A stretch of DNA of 63,685 bases, counting the filler, from Phoronis australis (lineage: Eukaryota; Animalia; Phoronida), in the NCBI GenBank assembly GCA_002633005.1. It is 6 parts of 6 records of this genome, joined end to end, with 100 filler letters (N's around TTAATTAATTAA, not from the genome) between each part and the next. Parts side by side here need not be neighbours in the genome. Positions count along the whole stretch, not along the records: positions 15,055 to 37,172 come from NMRA01000718.1; positions 37,273 to 49,660 come from NMRA01001643.1; positions 49,761 to 55,600 come from NMRA01000001.1; 3 more parts are not named here. The stretch is one strand, 5' to 3'. The position numbers were made by a program, and so were the translations under genes. The stretch's first letter is position 1. Each line of letters begins with the position of its first letter. Below, piece after piece: positions 35,817-49,949 of this stretch. Below the pieces are notes generated by a model, which did no database searches, was not told the DNA's origin, and saw only the letters and a program-made list of their open reading frames with translations.

Positions 35817-36911
35817 AAACAGTTCATGACAAAAGTACCATCTCGCAACGTCTAGTACAGAGTAATTCACTTTTCTCTGTGAGGAAATTTCCAAAAAAAA
35901 CTCTAAATTTACGATTTATGAAAAACGACTGAACGAAAAACTCTGTGTTTACCACATAGTTTCTTATCTCCCTCTCACTTATAATAAATGCGCATGCGCT
36001 CACAGTCAGTAGCTTGAGGTCAAAGGTCACATTTTCCATATAAGGGAAACATGCTACGTCTATATATTGCCATACCAAATAACGAGACGTGCTTTGCTTT
36101 GTGGGAGAAAAATCGACGAAGTGACGAGCAGTTGTCAGATCGTATTTTTGAAATTTTAAACTATAAAACAAAATGCTTTGATATCAACAGAAATTAAACT
36201 CTTAACGAACTTGGCCTAAAAATACTTGGTGAGCAGGCTGAATTCAGTTTCAGTGGCAGAGAACCACTTTCAATATTAATCTGTTTTTCGCGTTCCAGAC
36301 CTCTTTAATACGTAATTTCTTGAACTTCCGTGAAAGTTCACCTCGGGAATTTCAAACTCATAAGTCTGGAGCTTTGTCGATCAGACTGTACAAGAGTGTA
36401 ATGGTTCCACACTTTGATTACTGTGATGTTGTGTGGGGTAACTGTGCATCATACCTTCAGGACAGACTTCAAAAATTACAAAACAAGGCTGGAGGCTGGT
36501 AGTCAACTATAGTGTCCTTTATAATGACTTTTCTATTTCTGACCTCCAAATTGTTGGTGCAGCCTGGTTAGCAGGCCTGCGTTACATTTTAACATTGTGG
36601 GGTACAAGCCACACATGGCCTCACACCTAATTACCTCACTACTAAGTTCAAAGCAGTCAGAGATTATCACAATTACAACACCAGAGTGAGTGTTTGTGGC
36701 TGCCTGATACCAAATAAACCTAAAAACAACGGCGGCAAAAGAACTTTTGTCTACAGAGGTGCTGTCGCTCCGGGCTGGGGACTGCCGTCGCGAATTCGCC
36801 CAGTGTCCACGTCTCTTTCAACAAAAATACTAGGACTTTGTGCGTGGTTCGGCACTGCAGGCCTCAGGTCGTCATTATTTTACTTTATTTTATCTTATTT
36901 ATTCATATAAT
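35817..36911 (+). repeat. Second copy of 33278-34373 (Kolobok-like MITE plus L2/CR1 fragment), probably the alternate haplotype
   Basis: Colinear, a few percent diverged; begins right after a single N (35816). Confidence 0.88.
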
Positions 36912-37172
36912 GGGGCTATTCGGAGAATTCTCCTCGCGGTGTTGCTGCTGTACTAATGGTGATTGAATTGCGCATGCGTGGCTGTCTGCATGTAAACAAC
37001 TGGTAAAAGATGGAATTTTTATCAAAATACGTCGTCGCGCTAAGCCTTATTACTGCTAATTTCCCTGGTGCAAGTCTTCGACAGGTGGCCACAAATTCCC
37101 AAAAGACCTAAGGTTACTATATTCGTGGACAATTGCGGTCAACAGGGTCAACTAACTGACAAAAAGTGTGTG

Positions 37173-37272
37173 NNNNNNNNNNNNNNNNNNNNNNNNNNNN
37201 NNNNNNNNNNNNNNNNTTAATTAATTAANNNNNNNNNNNNNNNNNNNNNNNNNNNNNNNNNNNNNNNNNNNN
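37173..37272. other. Artificial contig spacer
   Basis: N-TTAATTAATTAA-N, 100 nt. Confidence 0.97.
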
Positions 37273-37628
37273 TCCCTTAACCGTGTTTCTTCGTGAATGT
37301 GAGTTCGTGTCCCGTGTATTTGGGTGAATGGATCATGTTTTGTGAGTCCATTCCTGTGTTTGTGCGTCAGTGGACGGTGTTTGCAGGTTCGTGAGTTGTG
37401 TTCATGCGTCCGTGACCGTGTTTATGAGTCCGTTAACCGTGTAGTATAGGTACCTTGTGATTGGTCGAATAGGTTCACTTGCATGTTATATGTTATATCT
37501 TTATACTATCACACCAGAAGTTTTTTAATACATCATACCAATCAAAAGTATTTTTCTCTACGAACCACCTCGGGTACAAAAAAACCCACATCTTTTTGGT
37601 TGGGTGACTCGATGCTTCTCACCACACT

Positions 37629-38609
37629 ATGTCAGAAAGTAAGGCACAACTGCTAGCCAGAAGACGAGGCAACCGAGCTTCATTCACGAAGAGATATACG
37701 CAGCTACAAGAAGGCCTCGGCAATACTCCACAGAAAGACGTCAGCGAAGAAAATTTCAACTTGAATACTACACTTAACACACTTTCTGGATACTGCAATC
37801 GCTCAATTCACACCGGAAACTGAGCTGGACGCATTCTACGAAGGAGCGATTGACTACATTGAGGACAGAAAACAATAACTGATTGACATCAAAACTGTCA
37901 AACAAGTGCAGGAACAACCATCATTCGCACCTCAAACTGTCACAACACCACAGCCTCACCATGGATTTCGATTACCGACCCTACAATTACAAAAGTTCAG
38001 TGGTGATATCATGGAATTTCAACAGTTTTGGGATTTATTCGATGCCAGTGTCCACAGTCAGTCATTACCTCCAGTTCAGAAGTTTGTATATCTGAAATCT
38101 CTCCTCACCGATGAACCACTTCCACTTATCGATGGACTATCAACAGACAATAGCAATTACACCATCGCAGTCCAGCTTCTTGCAGACCGGTATGGATCTA
38201 CCTCATCGAATCTTTCACCAGCATAGATACACCCACTAGCCACCTTGCCAGCATCCGTTCATTTTATGACAGCCTAGAGACGAAATTGAGGCAACTACAA
38301 GCCATAGAACCATTTAACAGCGGTCTTCTTGTTCCCCTGCTGCTAAACAAGCTTCCCCCTTCGATCAGACGAAATATCGCAAGACGGACTGACGGCGATC
38401 TTGATATGTCCCTTGACCAATTGCGCAAATTTCTCCAGACAGAAACTGAAATTCTCAACGCCAGTGAACCACTCACCACGTCAACTTACGGAAGTGCCAC
38501 AACCTTCCTCACTAATGCAAGAAATCAATCAACCCGCCAGACTTCGACTCGTCAATACTTCGCGTTTTATCTTTGCACAATAAAAACACATACCAATCAT
38601 AAACTGTGA
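37629..38609 (+). mobile_element. BEL/Pao LTR retrotransposon gag remnant (DUF1759-like), frameshifted
   Basis: Reads RLPTLQLQKFSGDIMEFQQFWDLFDASVH...QKFVYLKSLL...NYTIAVQLLADRYG and LLVPLLLNKLP, split over three frames. Confidence 0.88.
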
Positions 38610-41030
38610 ATAGCTCTAGATCATAGGTTTAAAGTGTGGTTGTTTTGGCTCTCAAATTGGCCATTGCTACATTATGTAGTGCTGCACCTTTTTCCCTGGA
38701 ATCTTACTGAAATCGTCAATTTATGGGTGTTTTCCTTCATATTCCTGATACGTTGTATATTTGTAATTCTGTAAATAAATATATAAACTACATGGTTTTG
38801 TAATGTTTAATGGAGATCTATAGTCTTTGATCATATGTCAGAAGTTATTGGACAGTGATTCTCACTTTAAAACCATTGCTCATCGAATGTTGGTGGTGGT
38901 AATTTTCAGCAGGACTGATACAAAGGTGAACCAACAAAATTTGACTTTAGTAGATGAGGCAGGGGCTGTCATAAACAAGCCGTTTGAAGTGTGCACCTTA
39001 GCAGAGCTCAAATGTTGGCTGCACTGTGTAAATGTAAGCAGGAAGGGTTTCAAACTTGAATTTGTTGCAAAAATACCATTTTCACCATATTTTGTACTTA
39101 CATATACCTTTTGTAGATATGCTGCTAAAGCTTTTAACACATTTTCTACGCTTTTGAGTGTTGTTGTTCACTAGGAAATTGGTCAAAAGGACAACAAAAA
39201 CTTGCAAGCGTTAAAAGGCAAATCACTTAACTCCATCTAACCCCTGAATGAATTAAATGCCTTCGAAACTAGTTTCTGGATGTCGCTCCAATTTACTGAC
39301 AAGTAATAGTTTAATAAGTTATTATTTTCACTTTGATAAAGTACTCAGCTTTGCTTCATATCGGTGCTTTTTCCAAAATGATAACAGCGCAGTCCCCTGC
39401 TGTGAACAAACTTAGCAGAAGACCGAGGGAACCATTAAAATAATAAAATTTCATACAGCAGACCACTCCTCAGTGGAATCCACTATGGCCCACTTCTGAT
39501 ATGAGATAGACAGCTAAAACACCCAAGTTTGTACACTACGTTCGCAGTGATTGGCTAGGCTTCCAAAGACCAATCGGCTCATCAGAAACCCAATGACAAA
39601 TGTAAACAAAGATGGCTGAGCCCACAAAGGCCTAAGGGGACAAAGAACAGTTCTCACTGGGGTTTGCCTATGAGAACAGACGTCAATGGACTCATCACCC
39701 TTACTTCACTCTGTCAAAAACTGTATGCATAGAATGAAAAGTTTTCAGTCATTTCACATCACAAGCCCTACAGATGAGCATAGAAACTTTATTCCCTCTT
39801 GTATTTTTGACCCTTTCACTACTACTGAAAAGCAAGGTAAACTATTACAAAGGAGGAAAAGGCCAAAATTGACAATTTCCACCCGAAAACTACCATTTCC
39901 CTGCCGATGTACGACATAAGTCAATATTAGATTCCAAAAATGAGGTCCAAAAGTACTGTCAACCAATTCCAGCATGTTTAAAGTCTAACTGAAATCGCGG
40001 CCAATTTCTCAGGCGCTACCCAGCAATGCACAGATGCAACAGGGGTTTGCCATCTTGAAGAAGACCGCAGCTACAGCCGAGCGAGTGATATTTTCTAATT
40101 CACAAATGCAAACAAACCACATTCACTAAGCCAACATGCATCGCCTACTGCCCCAAGCCTGGCCTACCCATAGATTTTAATATTTTGAAAGTTCAAATTG
40201 ACCACAGTCTAACTGTTTAGTGGCACTTAAAATGGTAATCACTCAGCAGAAATGGTCGAAAGTAGGGAATTACTTCGTGTTTGAAAGTATAGAAAGGCAT
40301 TTAACGACAAACCGGTTTGTAAGATGTTCCAAACAAAAATTACATAAAACTGCAGCCATAGTATCAAATAAGACACAAGACAAACATGCTGTTGTATCAT
40401 TTGGTCAAAGTTTATACCTTTAAGACACCATTAATATCCAGGACAATGCAAAGTGGTTACTCTGGTCTATCCCAAGATGCACCGTGTCACTAGATGGCAT
40501 GTCTTTCAAAATGTTGGAACAGCATATCAGCCATTACAGATGTGTACATAAGAAGCAAAGGATTCTTTCTCAAGGTATCCCTGCTTGCAATGCCATAGCT
40601 ATCGTTTACGACGAAGCTCCTTCGCACAGCCAGGACAGTCGCTAGAGGACTCCCTGCGGTGTAACAAAAAAGGACACGCATAATGACAACAAGACGGACA
40701 GACAAAGTCAAGGAGATGCACTCACAAAATATGTTTTGTGAAAGCAAGAAAATAAGGGTTTCAGAACAGGATGAAAAACTCAGTGATTTGCTAACTGTCG
40801 TTGTGAATCAACCTACAAATGAGTTAGTGTAACAGCATTTAAACAGATGAATGCACAGGCAAACGAGACAAGATGTTGATTACATGCACTCACAAAATGT
40901 GTTTGTGAAAGCATATTCTAATATTTAAACCATAAAAGGTTTGCAGTACACTAACACCCAGAGAAAACTGGCAAAAATTGACATTAAGAACCAACAACAA
41001 ATAAAACAAGGCATGCATTGTTCAAAATAA

Positions 41031-44000
41031 CTAGTCAAGAGAAGTAGATTGCACAGATGCCGTGAGCGAACTCACATTTGCCGATGGACGCATGCTTTCG
41101 GCTTTCGCTGCCATTCGGTTTGAAGTACCACGGTGAGGGGCTCGTTTAGCACGCCCTCTGCCTGAATATGGTCGTGACTTACCCCCTCTGCTGGCTTCAT
41201 ACTCTTGAGACCTATGTTTAACTATCACAGTATTGCTGGCACCTTCTTTTACTTCCTTGTCTAAAGTCACCCTTTGGGAGGTAGAATCACTAACAGTCCT
41301 CTTCTCAATTTCTTTAGCACAAGAGATGTCTGTCCTGGCACAGCCTATTTGCTGATCTTCCTTGTCTCTATGGCCAGTAGTTTTGGTGTTCGATTTTGAT
41401 CTCGGTGAGTTATGATACTGTGACTTGTGTTTAGCAACAGGCCTGTTTGAAGGACCAGTGATTTTTTCTGAATTATAAATGTCTTTCGCTGGTTTACTGG
41501 AGCGTGGCCGCCTGGCATACTGCTGGTGGTGTGACCCACACTGGCTTTCATCATGACTTACGGATATATCAACACTGCCTGGTCCAACCACAGTGTTGTG
41601 TGAACTCGTGTCACTGGTAGCTGTACTGCACTGTTTAGTATCTACACTAGTCGTATTTTCACATCCAACCACCCTATTACTATGGCCAGGTGATCTGCTG
41701 CAGTGCACTTGGTTTCTATCACGCAGTCTTCCAGAAGTTGGCCTACGCCAGTTGTCACTTGCATGATCAAAATTCTTGTTTCGCGACATATTACTGTGTT
41801 TTCTATCACTCCACTTCCTTCTGTGATAACTCTGCCTTGAAGACTTATGCACCGAATGTTCCTCTGCAGAGCTGGCTTCTTTATTCTTCGATGACCTTCG
41901 GGCCTCATTATCAACTGGTAAGTCGGAAGACATTGACTGAGGAAGTCCAATTGTCATGCCCTGTAAAAAGTACTAGTAACATCAAGCAATTAACAATTGA
42001 ATGACAGAACAAAATTAAACAAATGACATCTATCATGGCAACTGGAAAGTAATAAGAAACAGCAATTTTTCAAGTATTTTCTACAATAGTAGGATCCATT
42101 CTAAAATCACAGCAGCAACGCTCTCATAATTAGGAACACTGTGTCAAGTATTATGAAGATAGATTGAAAAATTTGAACATATTGAAACAGACAGAAGTCA
42201 GATTGGTGAAAAATTCACCGTAGTTTTTCATTAGTGTCATAGGAACACATCTCCCACATCTCAATAAGATCCTTCAGGAAGTCTAAGAGATACAGCAGTG
42301 AAAGCCACACTGCCGGACAGAGATGATGGTAATATACACAGTCACCCAGGTGCATGTACAGGTGGGTACAAGTGAACACTAAGGAGAGCCGAAAAGGTGA
42401 AATCCGTACATTCAGGAAACCTATATGCAATCAGCCACAGAACTTAGTAGATGGTGGCAAATAAAATAAAACTATAATTGCTACTTGGGAGCACAGCAGT
42501 AGTCGAAATCATCCCAAAATTTGAGTGAACTGTCCCAACCATAACAGAAACACATCTGCAAAGTTACGTGCATATCATGAATCAAGAGGTAGTGGAGATA
42601 CAGCAACAGATGTTGAACTAGAACGACGGCAACACATGCCAATATACGTACATGTGTGTAGGTGGTGTGAAACTCACTTTCATTTTCATCGTAATCTTTG
42701 ATCAATTTCAGACTATAGGTAACTTCGGGATATTCCTGATCAGGTTTGAACCTACGCCCTTGGGGCACACCTGATGATAAAAGATACGCCTTTTTTCAAA
42801 AACTTGCTCCCAGCAGATTTAGTGTACAGTCAAAGTGATGACATATGAAACAGAAACCCTAAGGGCAATTGAAATAAGAACAGAGTCATATTTGTGTAAA
42901 AGTTGCACAAGGCAATCTGATAAAAGACTTCAAACAGACTGTGGCGGAATAAGAAAACACTGGCTGTAAGTTGACTAGAATCTTGCATTTTAGGAAGTGT
43001 TGCGTTTTAAAAGATGCGCCTGAGAGAGCGCATTGTATCAACTAGTACCTTTTTATTTTTCATGCACTAATGGAGCAAAAGGTGCAGTCCAGGAATATCC
43101 CTGGTAACTATAACATTGAGCTGGGGTTATTTTTACATTCTACTTTCGGGTGTTTAACCAGCTGACTGTTAATTGTTGACCCTAGTTCTTTGTCATGAGC
43201 TTATTCTCATTAGACTACATGCAAACAAATGCAGAACAATTCCATGTCTAGAGAAAAATCATACTGAAAACTTACATACCGGAGTTATAAGAAATTTGTT
43301 CCTTTCTTCCTCAACATCAATGATACCACCATGCTCTTTCTGTTTCCTATAGATGGCAGCCATGTCTTGCTGCCACTGCCTGATTTGTGGGTCAATTTTA
43401 TAGCTTATGTCATCTTCTGCTGCCATTGTGTTTTCGGCCAGAAAAGATTCCGTGTTCTGTAGCGGTTCCCTGCATACTGGGCAACCAATCTGCAAAGAAA
43501 GGATTCAATTCAGCAGTTCTATTATAGAATAACGCAAAAATGAACCTTTATTCTCCAACAGTATCAAACAAATAAAATCACTGGCTTTCGAGACTGTATG
43601 AAGTTCTTCATCAGATGAGAAAAAAAAACTATGGGGACTACAGACCAATACGCCCAAACCGGAGAAAGGGGAGACACAAATAAAAAATATGGGCTGAGGA
43701 AATGGAAATCAGATATTTATAATGACTTACAAGTCCAACGTCCCCATTGAGACCATTGTGTTTGATGTCAAACGTTTAAAACAAGAGCAATCTCACTGGC
43801 TTTGTGAAACCTCTGGATAGAGAGGTCACCCTTCAAAACACAAACGCCACCTTTCGGAGCACAAACGCTTAAGTACACCACAGTGTGGTGGGGAGACCGA
43901 CGACATATGTGCTTAGATTATCTAACTTAGCATCTTCAACAACTTTGATGGGATTCATATGGCAGACAGAGCCCTCGATGCCTCAACGTCAGGATTAAAA

Positions 44001-47000
44001 ATTATCCCAATTGCATTGTGAAAAACATTTAAAAATCATGCTAAATCCATCTCCTCAGGCAAAAAAATGCCCTCCAATGATTAAAAGTATCACCTCAAAA
44101 GTTAATATGCAAACAATAGTTTTGGCCACTTGCACTGCTGTTGAGAGGTGGGTGAGAATCATGACAGGTCAGTCCTGGAATTTTGACGGGTATTTTTCAT
44201 GTATTTTCGTTCTCAAGTTGCATATGTAATAACTGCATATACCCCCGTGAGTAAGAGAGCGTTGACTCAACTTTCTGGACAGCAACTAGCCTTGCAAATT
44301 CTTTGAACCTCAGTCTCTAGATTTCAATTTACAAGAGCACGAGTGGCCAGGATGACTGTCTGGCTCAGGATAAGTACTCACCCTCAACTTCTTGAAATTT
44401 TCAATTTAAGTGACCATGACTGGCTAAGCACACACCTCTCGATTTCCAAGCTTGCAAATTTAAATGCACAGTGAGTTAACCGGAACATTTACCATGAAGA
44501 AACAAAGTACAGCATAACATCAAAAACAACCCTTTTTAATTTGCGCAAATGAAGCAAAAGTCCTTGATCGCCAGAGCAATTTTACCATTTCCTCCTATTC
44601 ATTGCATACCTTAGCATCTTGCCCAGGATGTCGCAAATGAGCACTGGTTCCCTCGACCATTTCCCTGTACTCTTTAATACAGTGGTTGACATAACGTGAG
44701 AGACAGGACTGGTGGAAATGGTGGTAACAGGTGGTTTTTGTGTATCGCTCGCCGTCATGGAAACACTCCAGGCATATAACGCATGAGCCATGAGGAACGT
44801 TACCCTCAGTGAGATGTTCTTTCAGTTGCTAAAACATCATAAAAATATTTCATTAATAAAAATTCTCAAACGGAATTAAATAATTAAAGGCATCAAAGAC
44901 ATAAATTTCCCAAATGTAATGATCAATTGCCAGGCCAATTCAGAAATGACCTTCAGTAATTTGAATCTTCTGAGTGTTTTAGAATTGTGTATAGTCGAAC
45001 TACTCGTATCAAACATGGATAAATGAAAAATACAGCTAATACATCACTGACAACATTTACGAGTTTCTTTGTGAAAAGTGGTTCTTTTTAAAGACAGATA
45101 GTGAAGCCATACCTAATAAGAGTTCAAAAAACAGACTACACAATAATGGTGATGCATGTTACACATCTTTTTTTTACAATACAGCAGCCATAACTGTTAG
45201 ACTTTTCTCTGATCCCACGCACAAAAGCACAAGGTGATGCCTATGTTAAAAACATTCTATTTGTTTGTACCTCTATGAGTTCATACAGCATAGGGCCACC
45301 TCTTAACTGGTTCGCTAGGTCTCGCAAACTGGAGGTAATTCTGGAATTTTGTAATAGGACAGTCTGAGCATCAGCAAATTAATCGTGTTTTAAGAGGCAG
45401 TGACGAGCACAGATCAAAACCCAGCAGAAGACAGTAAATGTTACACATATTACAAATATTTTCCTATTCAAGAATGTTGAAGGTAATTGGAAGACTACAA
45501 GAGCAGCACACATCATTTTATACTGAAACTAACAATGCTAGAGCAATATTACAAGGAAATCCTGACTCCAGATCAATGGCGGTAAATTATGAAGGAGTTA
45601 ATTTTAAAATGCGAAAAGTATCACTGACTTAACTGAAAAAAGATATGTACATTTTCAGAACATACCTGTCTAATTCTTCACAAGCCAATCCCCTGGGGTT
45701 CTGTATGATAATTTCTGGCACTGTATCAGGGTACTATAAACAAAGGGACTCTGAACCAATAACAAAAACGAATAACTGCAGATGCAGATGAAACATAACT
45801 TACAAAATTAAAATATTAAAATACAATAACTCTCCACTTATTTCACAAAATAATAATCATCAAAACTGCCATTTTTCTATGTTTCAAAAGCTGATTATTT
45901 TTAATGTAAATGCTGTAAAATTCTACTAAACGTTGTTTCATCAAACCAAGCTAACTATTATTTTCTCAATATTTATTTTTCTTCAGATATTCGACAAAAT
46001 AAAGATTCACCAGCACGCCACGTTGGGTTTTCAACAGGTGAAGAACAGAATTACTCGTAACTATTAGACATAAATGACACGAAAATATTAAGGTTAATGG
46101 TAATACATTTGAGAATTCATAGTCAGTACACTGGAAACATTACACACCTGAGATGTGAGTTTGATGAGTAGAGTTGCCCTGACATACTGCTGTTCAGTGT
46201 TGTCCGCAGTGGCTGGATGGACATCCAGGCTGACCGTTTCTGGGAAATCACTACTGGAATGAGGAATGATCGTGAGAACACACCATTAGTAGAAATACTA
46301 ATTTTAGATTAATGACTTTGCATATATAGCATTAGGATGTGTAACTTTAATAAGAATTGCTAAATGTTTTTAAGAATGAGTTTTGGGTCGAAAATGACCT
46401 GCCGAAAATCACTAGACCATATCCAGTAACTATCGTGACGCGGTGTTGGGGAATAACACTGCATGACGCTGGCTATGTGAGCCCCAAGGTACGTCATTAG
46501 TGCAAAGGTCATCTAGTGGCAGACTTTTGTTTTCACCTTTACAAGATGTCATTGAATACAACTGCACCTTGTATAGCGTAGATGATGTTCAAAAAGCGAT
46601 ATCATTTAGTTCCAGCTATACATCAGCATAGTTAGGAGCATGCAAATAGATTCTTTAAAACAAACTTTCACAAAGGAGTCCTACCAGTACCTGTTGTCTA
46701 ACGACAAACTAGCATCACAGTAAGGTTTATTCAAACAAACACTATGGCGGAATAATGAAATTTCATTTTAAAAAAATTTTCAGTAAGAGTAAACGATAAG
46801 ACCATTTTGCTTCTGAGTTCATTGTTTCAAAACTTGATACAGTACAGCTGCCATCAATAAACAAAAATAAACTCTAATCATTTTTGGAAACACGGTGAGC
46901 GTTTGAAAAACGGGATTGACAGTTTTGGCCGTTAATGTTGTTCGAATTTGAGGAAACTTTACCCTATGCAAAATGCTGATAATTCTGGCCAATCATGTGA

Positions 47001-47872
47001 ATGTTGAGTTCTCAAAGTAAGAGGACTGATCTGACATCTGATTTGGGGTCAGAGGTTAAGAAGGAAATCAAACATCGGACCAGCAAGTAACATTACAACT
47101 TTTTCATATGGTGGATCAGACGTTCGAGCTGCCTACTGATCGGATGTTATTTGAATGCTGTATTAGGGTCCAAGCTTTTCTTACGCTCTAGCCATAATGT
47201 CCTGGGTAGTTTTCCTTCACAAGACAACAGTAAAAGTAATTATGCAAAAAGTGTGCATTTCCAGTCCAATATTAGTGCGCAGTGACACCAAAATAGCGAC
47301 AAAAATGACTTAGATGTCTAGGATGTTTTAGAAACTGCAAATGAAATATCCCCACTGAACACCTAACAGACGACAACAGTCTCAGGTTAATAAGTGAGTG
47401 GTGCTCAACAGAAAAAAATTGCCAGGAAGCATTAAAGAGACATATTGAAGTTTACGGTGATCTTAACCAAATTCTTTTCATTGGATCTTGGTGATTCAAC
47501 AATGCTAGTCTCAACAGGCTTATGTAGCAGGCCCATTTTAGCAGAAGTCATATGCCCGGCGGAACTCCAGCACTCTCAACCCATCATTGCGAATGCAATG
47601 CTGTTTTTTGTTAGAACGAAGCATTGAAAGTAAAACATAAATTTGATTGCAGGCTGTATTCATACTAAAACCCTTCTTCACAAGCCAATTCAGTAAACTG
47701 TGTATCGGTTAAAAATGAGATAATGCAAGTTCTAGATTTGTGATTGTGCAAATGACTTCTGAAAAACAGGCCACCAACATCCCTCATCTCCAAGTACCTA
47801 GTATCTTGCTTGTCTATGACCAACTCATCCAAGTAAATTGACTCCAACACCTCTAGTTCTTCTTTCAAACCA
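41031..47872 (-). CDS. RNF25: E3 ubiquitin ligase RNF25 (RWD + RING-H2); exon 1 not located
   Basis: Phase-consistent exons: 47872-47798 (ELEVLESIYLDEL), 46253-46148 (VHPATAD..QQYV), 45733-45666 (YPDTVPEIIIQNPRGL), 45340-45271 (MLYELIE), 44828-44610 (PHGSCVICL..TKTTCYHHFHQSCL), 43489-43280 (CPVCREPL..GGIIDVEEERNKF) and 41960-41031. The motifs match RNF25/AO7. Confidence 0.95.
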
Positions 47873-48456
47873 CTACAACAGAAAGGTTAATGTTTACTTA
47901 GCCACCAATTTTGTAAAAAAATACGTGAGATACGTTAGTACAACTTTTGAAAAAAGATCATTTATAAAAATGATGCCAGCAAGTGATTTAAACAGTAAGC
48001 ACAAAGTTTCAAAATGCAGGGCTTGGAATGACCAATGACAAAAGAGAGGAAAATTATTTTACAGGTGATGTATCAGTCCACAAATAGACTTGTGAGATAG
48101 AAATCATTTTTGCTTCTAAAATTTAACTGAAATAAATGTTTTTGCATGAATTAAGTCAAAATAATGATAAAAAAAGAGAAAAAAGAGGAAACCGGAAATC
48201 AAATAAGAGGAAATCGAAACCAAAAAAGAGGAAATTCTCTTAGAGGGGAAAATTTCAAGCCCTGGAAATGAGTTGTGTGTAGACCTGAAACAAGCAATTT
48301 TCTTTGGCCTAACAAACTTTTTTCTTTGGCCAAACAAATTATTTTCTTTGTCCTAACAAGTTCTGTGAACAGTCATCATATCATCGACATTGACAATGTT
48401 CTGATCAAACACTTCTCAAAAATACAGGACTTAACCCTTAGGGAATTAGCTTTGAG

Positions 48457-48563
48457 CATTGATGTTGCATAAACACACATTGAGGTTGCATGAACACACA
48501 TTGATGTTGCATAAACACACATTGATGTTGCATAAACACACAATGATGTTGAATAAACACACA
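48457..48563. repeat. 21-bp minisatellite, about 5 copies
   Basis: Unit CATTGATGTTGCATAAACACA. Confidence 0.9.
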
Positions 48564-49660
48564 TTTCCTAAGTTCATGGAACAGATCTGGGAAATTAAGT
48601 TGCAGACTAGAACAGATGTTACAAGCCAGATATTACAGCAATAACATGCACCCGCGTGGGGAAATAAAAAAATGATAGACAAACTAGTTTATAGTGTTGA
48701 AGAACTAATAAGGTCAAGTCAAAGTTGCTAAATTCAAACCCAAAGTTTATCAAGTTCTTCAGGGCTAAGCCATCACAGAAGTTATTCAGTCAGTGGTTTT
48801 ATGATGCGTAATTAGGTATATTAACTGGCAAGTATTTGTTCGAGTTGGAAGGAATTAAACACATCGACAACCTCCTAAGGTGTTCCTCTATGCGCAAAAG
48901 GTATTTAAAACAACGTGACTTTGATGGTTTAGTCGGTGCGAGGCATAATTCGCCGAAAAGCTTCCGGCGTACAGAGCGCCTATAGCCTCTGCATCGCCTC
49001 TGCTTCGGGCCAACAGAGGCGATGGTCATTGTAGCGAGGACAGCATTTTTCAAAAATTTTTGAAAATGTGCATGTAATATACATCACGAGAAAGCTCTCT
49101 ACGAGACTAAAAGAACGGTGCAAAAACATTTTTAAATCGGACTTACGGTTACGGAGAAAATGGTGTTTTTGTGTCAATTTTTTTGGTAAAAATTCTGTCA
49201 AATCAAATTTGTGAGTTTCAAATATTATGGTTACAAATCTACGTAACCTAGACAGACATGTTATACATCATTTCAAAGAAAATTTTATGATGAATAATTT
49301 GCAAAAAAGAACATTCCGATTGGACATTCCTGCGCGAAGATATTGACCTTAGAGTCAACAAAGCCGACAAAGAAAAGTCAGTACGTGTACAATTTTGTCG
49401 TTTCAAATTGGCATAGAATAACAATTACTCAAGAAAAAAAAATAAGCTAGTATCATTTCAAGATTTTTCATCAGGGAAGTTGAAATCTGATAATTGGTTG
49501 GGTAAATTCTTGATATTATTTTGTGACTTTTTTGTTGACCTGCAGTTTGTGACTGACTTAACTTTGTCAAAATGCATTACTTTAAACCCATAAAGGTATG
49601 TATGATGGACAGATAAATAAAGTTCTCAAGGCATCCTCAAGGAAGGAAGGTCAAACCTTT

Positions 49661-49760
49661 NNNNNNNNNNNNNNNNNNNNNNNNNNNNNNNNNNNNNNNN
49701 NNNNTTAATTAATTAANNNNNNNNNNNNNNNNNNNNNNNNNNNNNNNNNNNNNNNNNNNN
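49661..49760. other. Artificial contig spacer
   Basis: N-TTAATTAATTAA-N, 100 nt. Confidence 0.97.
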
Positions 49761-49949
49761 CCCCCCAACCCCCCCCCCCCCCCCTCCCCCCGCGCGGGTA
49801 CATACTACTGAATATGTAATTTCACGTCAATATCCGCAATAATTTAGGAAAACTCCAATCATTGCCGGTTTGCTTTAATGGAATAGTTTCTCACTAGAGC
49901 TATAGCAGATCAATATCATTGTGTTAAATCATTTATTAAGGGTAATAGT

